This document shows positions 53,559-64,000 of a stretch of DNA of 64,000 bases, one piece after another. Origin of the DNA: Octopus vulgaris (Eukaryota); NCBI GenBank assembly GCA_951406725.2, contig OX597820.1:2108001-2172000 (forward strand), given 5' to 3'. The translations under genes were made by a program, and so were the position numbers. Positions within the stretch are counted from its first letter, which is position 1, and each line of letters begins with the position of its first letter. The notes under the pieces were generated by a model that made no database searches, was not told the DNA's origin, and saw nothing but the letters and a program-made list of their open reading frames with translations.

Positions 53559-53572
53559 CATACATATATGTA

Positions 53573-53649
<77 letters not shown>

Positions 53650-54914
53650 TGTATGTATGTATGTATGTATGTATGTATGTATGTATGTATGTATGTGTGT
53701 GTGTACTGTATTTGTAGGTTAACAAGGCTACCATTGGTTTTATGTTAAGAGTTATCAACGTCTCCATCGTGAACCGAAGCGCCTATGCGGTGTTGAGCAC
53801 TCGTCTCACGGTTCAAATTTACAGAAAACAAAAGACGAAGATAGGTGCAGGATCTTCTTTTATCTTTTACTTGTTTCAGCCATTCCTGACTGCGGCCATG
53901 CTGGAGCACCACCTTCAACGGTTTTAGTTGAACATATCGACCCAATGAGTTACATTTTTTAAAGACTAGTACTTATTCTATCGGTCTCTTATGCCGAACG
54001 GCTAAATTACGGGGTCGTAAACACACCATCACCCTGAACTCTGCAACAGACAGGTGTACCGTTCGAAGCCAGTGTTGTAATGTCGGTCACTTATCCACTA
54101 TGGAAATCGAGTGATTTGGTTTATGAATTGTGGGGCTCAAGGGAGTAAGATGACTACGATAACATGGCGCAGAAAAGTAGCAAAATCTTCTTTCGCAACA
54201 GAACGGAGAAAGAAAAGAATACAGGCCGGTGTTTTAGTAATAGAAAATCTGTAGATGACGATGAAGTTTGATTATCAGATCTGGATTCAGCATCACTGAA
54301 TGAACATTTGTTACTTGAACGAAAAGGGAAAGGATTATGTAAGCAGCGAGAAAGATCAATGTCGAATACGGAGAAACAGAGAAGGATTACAAACCAATGG
54401 AAAATAAAAGAGAGGGGATTGAAAATTGGGAAAATAATTCGTTGCGTCGTCAGTTTATTTGCGAGTCAAGACTAGCAAATATAAAGACTAGAAAGGTTTG
54501 ACTACTAAGAGGACAAATGGCGGCGGAGATAAATCAAGGAATAGGTTAAGCCTGGAAATGATGCATTATGGGATTAGGAAGTCATTTTGAATGCAGAGTA
54601 AATGAAAAGTGAAAGTATCAGTGGTCTTAATGAAAATTACTCTTGTGAGAAGCTGCTGGGGTTTATCTCAGTAAGATGAGTTAGGGAGATATTCATAAAT
54701 AGAAAAGCGTGACAGACATATTTGTACTCGTCAGTAGCTGATGTAAAGACTAAAAAAAGACGTTAGAAGAACATAGATTTCATCTTAGTTATCATTTTGC
54801 GATTAGTATATTTGTCCTTGCAAGACATGACTGCAAGAACGAATACAATAATCCCAAAATGATAACTAAGAGAAAATCTCTGTACTTCAAGCGTCTTTTT
54901 TAGTTTTTATATCA

Positions 54915-54997
54915 GCTACTGACGAGTACAAGTATGAGTATTAAGATTTTCTATTTACGAATATCTGAGTCTTTTTGTACGAAACAAATTGTATAGC
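54915..54997 (+). ncRNA. Type I hammerhead ribozyme with expanded loop II
   Basis: GCTA CTGACGA GTACAA-(43 nt)-TTGTAC GAAA CA-aat-TG TA TAGC; predicted cleavage after A54993. Confidence 0.75.
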
Positions 54998-55350
54998 AAC
55001 ATGAAAAATAAAAACTATAATCTATTTTAACATCTAATCTCATCCATTACATAAATATGAATGAATTTGTTGAAATATTGAGGGAAAGAAAACCTCCATG
55101 TATCCTTAAAAAATGTTAACCTAAGCCCTACAAGCTCATAAAAACCCCGAAGAAGTCCTATCCCATATAGTTAGAATATGACTTTTTTCTTAGCTTTTAA
55201 CCAAATGCTTAGAATTTCTAATTAACTAGGGGATAGCACAGAAACATAAGTAGGTTTTTGAAATTCTTTTTCAGCTTTGCAACTTATAATCAATTTATTT
55301 GTATTGTAATGTTTTTAAAATAAATTTTTCAACATTTTTAAACATATATA

Positions 55351-55730
55351 GGCGCAAGTGTTGCTGTGTGGTAAGTAGCTTGTTTACCAACCACATGGTT
55401 CCGGGTTCAGTCCCACTGCGTGGCACCTTGGGCAAGTGTCTTCTACTATAGCCTCGGGCCGACCAATGCCTTGAGAGTGGATTTGGTAGACGGAAACTGA
55501 AAGAAGCCCATCGTATATATATATGTTTGTGTGTCTGTGTTTGTCCCTCTAACATCGCTTGACATCCGATGTTGGTGTGTTTATGTCCCCGTAACTTAGC
55601 GGTTCGGCAAAAGAGACCGGTAGAATAAGTATTAGGCTAACAAAGAATAAGTCCTGGGATCGATTTGCTCGACTAAAGGAGGTGCTCCTGCATGGCCGTA
55701 GTCAAATGACTGAAACAAGTAAAAGAATAG
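55351..55730 (+). mobile_element. SINE family C full length (CORE-type, OR2-like by recollection)
   Basis: tRNA-like head with GGTTCAGTCCC, CCTTGGGCAAGTGTCTT core, internal microsatellite and a tail hairpin; about 16 copies or fragments in the window. Confidence 0.85.
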
Positions 55731-56709
55731 AACAAAAGAATACAAATAAAATCAGCAATTAGCAAAAACGATGAGATGTGACATCCCAGAAAACGAATCA
55801 GTCACACTGTGCCAAAAAGTGTCACCTGGTGCCAATCAGTGAAACCTTATAGATTCAAGATTGTGTCAATTCCCAAAGACAAATGTTCTCTGGCGACTTT
55901 GTTCTTTGGTTTAGTTTACAGGCGCCAATTAAGAGTAAAGCTGAACCTGTAACATCTCGCGAAACACTCGCTGAATAAGGAGATTGTACACGTGATCTGA
56001 CGTCCATGTGTCAGGTAACCAGGTGTTGTATACAAGACTCAAAGCACATCTCAACTACATCACGTGTCATTCTTTTGTTGCTTCTTTAATTGTCTTCCCT
56101 TTTGTTACCTGGATTTACCATCAGCATGTCTATCTGTCTGCACTGCAGATGCTAATAAGGTCAGCGTTGTTTGGCCCCTCAGGTCATCCCTAATCGTGCA
56201 AACCCTATTATGAAAGCTATTCCACTCAAAACAACACCCTCTTTTCTTTTCTTTTTTTTGTTCAAGTAAAGCCTATCCAGATCCCCGTTATCTAATGTAC
56301 CCTTAGGCAGAAGTATTGTTTTCAGTCGTGTTTGTTTGTCTGTTTGTCCGTGGACAAGATATTTCAAGAACCGCTGGATGGGTTCGGATGAAATCTTAAA
56401 GGATGTATGGCCTTGTGACTAACACGGATTAGATCTTGGGATCGATCCGGCACCGGACAAGGATTCTGGATTATTTGTTATATTTACTTTACTTTACCTG
56501 CAGTACTACGATCTTACGTTCACTTTCTCTGATTATCTCCCTTGAAAGCGCTCTCCTGGTTTCCATGTAAGTTATGGCGGCGTTGCTGTTTCCAAAGTTT
56601 TAAGGTGGAAGAATGTAGGGTTTTCATTAAGATTTTAGGGAAAGCCATGGCTCAGACTCGGCAAAAAAAAGAGCAACCTTAAAATATAAGAAAATAACGC
56701 AATTAATAA

Positions 56710-56922
56710 TGGTTTCGAAATTTAGCACAAGGCCAGCAATTTTGGGGGACGGGACAAGTCAATTGATTCGACCCCAGTATCTAATTGGTACGTATTTCAT
56801 CGACCCCGAAAGATTGAAAGGCAAAGTCGACTCCTGGGGTATTTGAACTCAGAGCATAAAATCGGAAGAAACGCTGCTAAGCATTTTGTCCGGCTAGGTA
56901 ACGACTCTGCCAGCTCGCAGCC
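56710..56922 (-). mobile_element. SINE family B
   Basis: Family head, centre and tail type ii. Confidence 0.8.
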
Positions 56923-57173
56923 TGGGGCTAAAATTTGAAGCCAATAAGATTTTACATTTATATGCAAGCAAGTAGTGTGCCGATTCCCTTTGAGTCAAAG
57001 AGCCCGTTACCCCGATTACCCGGTTACTATGGCCACCAATACATTCATGCTTTTATTTATAGCTTCACGTGGTTTGCTTCAAGTCACGATTTCAATATAT
57101 ATATATTCATATACATACATACATACATATATATGTATGTATGTATACAGACACACATTTATATATATATTTA

Positions 57174-58848
57174 CTAGCAGAGATACCCGGCGTTGCCCGT
57201 GTTACATACAATTGAAGAATTAGACTTTTCTGTTATATTTTCTGTAATGAACTGGAATATCTATGTTTCGAATTTCATCAAAACTGCAGATGAGGGTTAT
57301 TTCCCTCTTTACACACCCCCAAAAAATTGTAATCGTGCCACATATATCCCATATTACTGATTTTTATGCGCATATTCCAAAATTCCAGTCTTACTGAACC
57401 TGTTAAAAAGATTTTGCTCCTGAAAAACGAAGGTCATGGAGCTCTAAAATGTGAGAGTTAACGCCCCTGTTGGGGGTGGGCATCTTAATGTCAACCAGAG
57501 AAGTTGAATTGTTGAGAATCTGTTTAACTTGGATTTTATATCTATTGTTTGAATTTCTTTGAAATAGGAAATATATGTTCACTAGCTTTGTAAAAGAGAG
57601 CAAAGCTACAGAAAATCAAAAGACGAATGATCACAATAAGCAGTCAGCTGCCCTACCCTAGTCGTTACCACTCCCAATGTAGTATTCCTCATCATCCAGG
57701 TGACAGGCACAGCCCTAAGATGCATTACGAATCTATATCAATTGGAAGGTCGTGACCCAACTGAAATAAACATTAACAACTGTGTGACGTGGGGGCTAAG
57801 GAGAAATTAAAGTGTCACCTCTGGAGTTTGCAAATGACCACTATACTGATACGTAACTGGACAGAATAAATTTAAAATCTATAAATGTCTTTGAATAACC
57901 AGTCACTCATTTGGGAATGCCTTGTAATCAATGTTACCATCTGGGCCGAGTGTGACCGAGTAATAATAAGACTGAAAGGAGGTCTGCAATCAAATAACTT
58001 TACTCAACACTTTGCAACTGAATCAGTGGAGACAAAGATGCCTCTCATTTACTTGAGAATTTATGCAGCACATTGCAGAAATCACAATCTAAGTGTATGT
58101 CAAAGCAAACTCTTACACTGTTGTACCATTGAATTACAAATAATGCTCATCGTCTATGCTCGGATGACCCCACAGCTTCCAAGAGTACAACTATTCGTCT
58201 TTGCTTAGATAAAATGACAAAATTGTGGGTGTTAAGTCCCCATGAAGGGGTCTTTCTAACTTGCAAGAAGATGAAATTTTATAAATATTACTTCATTTAT
58301 ATCTAATATCTATGGTTAAAATCTCATCAACAGCAAAAATATATGAATTGTCATGGGGGTTGTGGCCCTTATGCATAGAATATAATTTCCAAATTTCGTA
58401 AAGATCCATTCAGTACTTTTGACTTAGTTTTGGATCATAAAAGAAATTACTAAAATTTGGGAGTTAAGGCCCCCATTAGGGTGTCTTAGAATCCTCATGT
58501 GAAGTGGAAACTTTGAGAATACTTCTTGATGTGTGTCAATTACCCATGGTTAAAATTTCATCAATATCGAAAATTTATGAATTTCCTTGTGGGTTCTGCT
58601 CCCTTTAAGCCTTCTGAAATTCAAACCAAACATATTGCATTATGCCCGCCCTTATGCATTGAATCTAAGTTTCGAATATCATAGGATCCATTCAGTAATT
58701 TTGGTCCATGAAATTGTATGAAACACACAGCTTTACCCTTCTCCCTGGGCTTCGATTTTGTGTTCCAAATTTCATTATGATATGTGAAGCAGTTTTCGAA
58801 TGTATAAGTAATACACAAACACATAAAGACATTGTCTTTGATATAATA
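57174..58848 (-). mobile_element. Non-autonomous Helitron-like element
   Basis: Minus-strand 3' end ..CGGGCAACGCCGGGTATCTCTG-CTAG followed by T; degenerate internal direct repeats of about 230 bp (58225 and 58460); 5' boundary uncertain. Confidence 0.6.
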
Positions 58849-58873
58849 AATATGAATGTACACATATACATAC

Positions 58874-58967
<94 letters not shown>

Positions 58968-58984
58968 TATATATATATACACAC

Positions 58985-59276
58985 AAAGATAAATTGATAG
59001 ATACAACTGAGTGGGCAAACAAAAATATGAGACACAGCGTAGTGCTTTTTTTTATGTTGATAAGCTTGGTACTTATTCTATTAGTTTCTTCTTGTGGAAC
59101 CAGTAAGTTATGGGGATGTAAATAAACGAATAGCAGTTGTGAAGCAGTGATGAGGGTGAAACACAGAAACAAAGTCACGCACATTAACTTAAATATATAC
59201 ATACATATATATACGATTGACTTCTTTAAGTTTCTGTCTACGAAATCCATATATATATATATACATATGTATGTAT

Positions 59277-59309
<33 letters not shown>

Positions 59310-59680
59310 GATAAATTGTGTGGGCAAATAAAAATATGAGATACTGCCTAGTGGTTTTTTACTTATTTTAATAAGCCTGGTGCTTATTCTATCAGTTTCT
59401 TCTTGTGAAACCAGTAAGTTATGGGGATGTAAATAAACGAACACCAGTTGTGAAGCAGTGATGAGGGAGAAACACAAAGACACACACAAGACTTACATAT
59501 ATACATACATATACATACAATTGATTTCTTTCAGTTTCTGTCTACAGAACCCACTGACAAGGCTTTGGTTGGTCTGAGGCTATAGCAGAAAGCACATGCC
59601 AGGTCACCACACAGTGGGACTGAACTGAGGACCATGTGTTTTGGAACCAAGTTTGTTACCACACAGCCAAACCTGCACCT
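58985..59680 (-). mobile_element. Family C SINE with local duplication of about 320 bp
   Basis: 58985-59250 is similar to 59307-59550. Confidence 0.75.
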
Positions 59681-59832
59681 ATGTATGTGTGTGTGTGTGT
59701 GTATGTGTCTATGCATGTATATATGTGAATATATATGTGTACATATTACATGTACATCTATATATATATATATATTGATTGATTGATTCTAGTTTCAGCT
59801 TATGAGCTGTGTCCATGCTGGGGCACCGCCAT

Positions 59833-59871
<39 letters not shown>

Positions 59872-59981
59872 TCCCGGGTTGATTCTTAACCACAGTAAAT
59901 AAGGTACTCAATACATAGAGAGTAAAATTAATTTATTATATAGAAGGATAGAAGAACTGTTCATTCAAGAGAAATCTTCAG

Positions 59982-60034
59982 GAAGAGCTCTGAAGATTTC
60001 TCTGAATGAAACAGTTCTAGTCCTGTAGCTCTTC
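59982..60034 (+). ncRNA. Candidate variant hammerhead
   Basis: GAAGAGC t CTGAAGA tTTC-tct-GAAt GAAACAG-ttctagtc-CTGTA GCTCTTC; stem II weak. Confidence 0.45.
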
Positions 60035-60045
60035 TATATAATAAA

Positions 60046-60113
<68 letters not shown>

Positions 60114-60689
60114 TACACATATACATGTATACATATACATCTATATGTATAGAAATAAATGTGTACATATACAGCTATACACACATACATACACACACAT
60201 AGGTGTAGGTGTGGCTGTGTGGTAACAAACTTCGTTCCAAAACACGTGGTCCTGGGTTTAAATTTAAATTTAAAATAATAAGGGTGAGAAATTGAATATT
60301 AATTTGATTAATATGAATTGAAAACCAGTGGTGTAGCATATAAGACCATAGCGGATCTTCTTCTAGCAAAATGGATGTCCACTGTTAATGGTTTATCCCT
60401 CTTATATTATAGTTTGACTTTAATAGTTTCAGTATTAAAGTGAAAGTATCTGGCATTACAATAGAGAGATTTTTTGTTTCACTTTTAACACGTAATACTG
60501 AAATAGTGGAGAAGATGTGATATTGCTGTGGGCTCACCCTAGGCAAGAAGTTTTTTTGCCCATGACACTACATGGACCCTAAGTAAGGCATGTGTAAAAT
60601 TTGAATGAAATTGATTGTGTAGTTCTCAAGTTTTAGGGATTCACACAGACAGACAGACACACATTCTCAGTTTTATATATAGAGATATT

Positions 60690-60753
<64 letters not shown>

Positions 60754-60922
60754 GTATATATATATATATATAGCATAAAGGTGTCAGAGCTTGTTTATAC
60801 GTGGTTGTAGATATTTAAGAAAGAAAAATATGTAAAAACGCACAGGAAGTTTGTATAATAAAAATTCCAAGATAAGACATGGGGGCGCCAGTTTTGTTAA
60901 CAAAAATGGCGCCCCATGACTT

Positions 60923-60970
60923 AACTTGGAAGTTTGATAAGCGTCAGACGCGAAACCGGTACTCCCAGTT
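60923..60970 (+). ncRNA. Minimal hammerhead with U3:A8 core variant
   Basis: AACTTGGAAG t TTGATAA GCGT-cag-ACGC GAAAC-cg-GTA CTCCCAGTT. Confidence 0.6.
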
Positions 60971-61076
60971 TATTATATAATGTTGTAATACAACTATTTG
61001 TTCCATTATGATCTTAATATTAGCATAAAGTTTATTATACAAACCTCCTGTGCATTTTTACATATTTTTCTTTGTT

Positions 61077-61125
<49 letters not shown>

Positions 61126-61139
61126 TATAAATACATACG

Positions 61140-61171
<32 letters not shown>

Positions 61172-61383
61172 TGTATGTATGTATGTATGTATGTATGTAT
61201 GTATGTATGTATGTATGTCATTTATCTTTCCTTGTTTACTTGTTTCAGTCACTTTTCACAGTAGCCTTGCACCACCTTGAAGAATATTTAGTCGATTCTA
61301 TCGATATATTTTTGCCGGACTGCTAATTCACGGGGACGTAAGCACACCAACATCTGTCGTCAAGCGGCAATGGGAGACAAACA

Positions 61384-61460
<77 letters not shown>

Positions 61461-62126
61461 ATATATATTATAGCTAGTGCTGCCTCGAGTCCTTGAATTC
61501 TAGGACTCATAGATCTTGTTACCCATTGTCCATTGCAAAAAAGTGACTGAAATCATAACATTCCCCTTGGACGGGGCCAATCCATCGAAGGGTTTATTCA
61601 TTTCCGGTTGTGTGGACTAAAACAACGTGAACTGGATTGTTTTGCTGAAGAACGCAACGTACCGACCGGTCCGCAAATCGAAACCGCCACGTTGCGATCA
61701 TAAGTGAAACATTCCTAACCAAGAGCCGCACACCTCCACAGGTCACAATAAATAAGCCTCCTCTTCTTCATTTCCACTTATGACGACTATCACGGTATCA
61801 CGTGATCGACCAGCTTATCGGATGATGTTATACATTGCTGGTCACAATGCGCTTTGCATTTTTAGCTTTTGAACGATGCCATCTCGGAGTTAAATGATTT
61901 GGTACCGCTACTTGGACACAGACGGTTTGGCACGACTGGCTGGACATTCAGCCTGTTTTGGTGAAGGTAGTTTTGAGCACTGGAGGCAAGTGCATACACG
62001 TGTGTGTAGAAGTATACACATACAGAGAGAGTGAAAGAGTGAGAGAGAAAATCATTACAATTTATTAATTAAACACGACTGACATAGACAGTTAACCTCT
62101 CTACATACTTAAAGAGAAATACACTC

Positions 62127-62161
<35 letters not shown>

Positions 62162-63131
62162 GAGAACAATAAAATGCCTGATGTCAAATAAGTCAGCGTC
62201 GAATCAGAGACACCAAACAAGTGGCGTCAAAACCGCTATGGCCAAACGGCTCTGTCTAAAATGTTTTATACGCAAATTTGATAGCTTTGCAAAGACCAAG
62301 AACCATCTTTTTGTTTATCAGCTACGATATCTAACAGTACGTCCACGCCATCACGTTATTCGATTCTAAATATCTCGACAAATACAGTTGATTGAAATAT
62401 CTGGACGTTCACTAATTTTAACAGACATTCTTGTATCTTGCTGATGTCCGTTATCGCTATTTTATCATGAAATGCAATTCCATCTTGAATAATATACGAC
62501 AATTTTGTTGATTCCATTGATAATTTCCCAGTAATCTCACTGCCGCCTGCAGACATCAATGTTCGCAAGTGAAATGTTCCTGCTCTGTAAAATAACCAGC
62601 AATAATTTATTCCTTCCCCCATTGATAACATTTTTGCGTCATAAATTAAGTAATAGCACAAAATTTAGCTACATCGAAATATTGCTTATGTATTATGCCT
62701 TATTAGCATGGATTTATTTGCGTTTCTCAGAGTAACATTGCAGCTTGCTTCTTTTTCCTTTTTACCTTGTAGATGCCAATTCCTCAATCAGTTATGGCCA
62801 TTCTTACCCGAATGACTACGCATAACGTTTCCATTTTCTTACAGGAAACTAGGATTCCGTGACTCGTTATGAGAAAAGACAAAATGGCGGTGAATAGATA
62901 GAGCCATTAGCAAATCAGAGAAAAATGCTTCGCAGCAGTTCTTCTGGCATTTTTCTTTTCTGAGTTCAAATACCGCAAAGGTTAACTGTGCCTCCCATCC
63001 CTTCGGGGTCGATACGATATATAGAAAAAGAACAATAAGCATAACAAAAAAAAGGGACGAAGGGAAAGACGCGGGGGGAGGGGTGCTTTTAGTCACAAGC
63101 GTGTTTGGGGATTATTTCAGGATTATGTGTT

Positions 63132-63195
<64 letters not shown>

Positions 63196-63339
63196 GGGGG
63201 GGGGGAAGGAAGGAGGCTGAAAGTTTTGTGGCCTGATACATTTTATTGTCTTTTGTGTAACCATTTGTATAGGATTGGGGTTAATACATAAGCACATCGT
63301 ACATACTTATACACACACACACAGACGGAAATATTTATG

Positions 63340-63990
63340 TATGCATGCGTGTGTATGTGTGTATGTATGTATGTATGTATGTATGTATGTATGTATGTGT
63401 ATGTATGTATGTATGTATGTATGTATGTATGTATGTATGTATGTATGTATGTATGTATGTATGTGTGTATGTATGTATGTATGTGTGTATGTATGTATGT
63501 GTGTATGCATACATGTATATATGTGAGTATGTATGTGTATGTGTGTGTATGTATGCATAGATATATTATGTATGTATGTATGTATGTGTGTCTATGTATG
63601 TATGTATGTATGTATGTATTTGTGTGTATGTATGTATGTATGTATGTGTGTCTGTATGTATGTGTGTATGTATGTATGTGTATGTATGTATGTGTGTATG
63701 CATGTATATATGTGTGTGTATGTATGTATGTATGCATAGATGCATAAATTTATTATGTATGTGTGTATGTATATATGTGTGTGTATGTATGTATGTATGT
63801 GTGTATGTATATATGTGTGTGTGTATGTATGTATGTATGTATGTATGTATGTGTATATGTGTATGTATGTGTATATGTATGTATGTGTGTGTATGTATGC
63901 ATGTATGTATGTAAGAATGTATATATATATATGATATATATGTATATACACATATATACATACACACGCATGAGTACACACACACACACT
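63340..63990. repeat. (TGTA)n/(TG)n array
   Basis: Direct reading. Confidence 0.95.
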
Positions 63991-64000
63991 TATATATTTG

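Overview
Repeat-dense, AT-rich eukaryotic non-coding DNA. It is most likely from a coleoid cephalopod (Octopus-like); this is an inference from the tRNA-derived SINE families and the very high load of (TACA)n/(TA)n/(CA)n microsatellites. No intact host protein-coding gene is visible, and almost all listed ORFs are microsatellite artefacts. Contents: three main SINE families in dozens of copies; decayed non-LTR retrotransposons (HERO x2, R4/Dong-like, several RTE, CR1 x3); one near-complete IR/DR Tc1 element (36046-37674); mariner, rosa and Tc1 remnants; MITEs; and Helitron/Helentron-type elements. The most notable signal is a set of sequence-unrelated type I hammerhead-ribozyme folds. Two have canonical cores (17685-17735 minus, 54915-54997 plus), one has a U3:A8 compensated core (60923-60970), and three are variant folds (5747-5791, 11442-11565, 59982-60034). 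Four of the six sit in small non-coding modules carrying an inverted copy of their own sequence, consistent with Penelope-like or retrozyme-like elements. All folds and family names were assigned by eye, without computation or database search.
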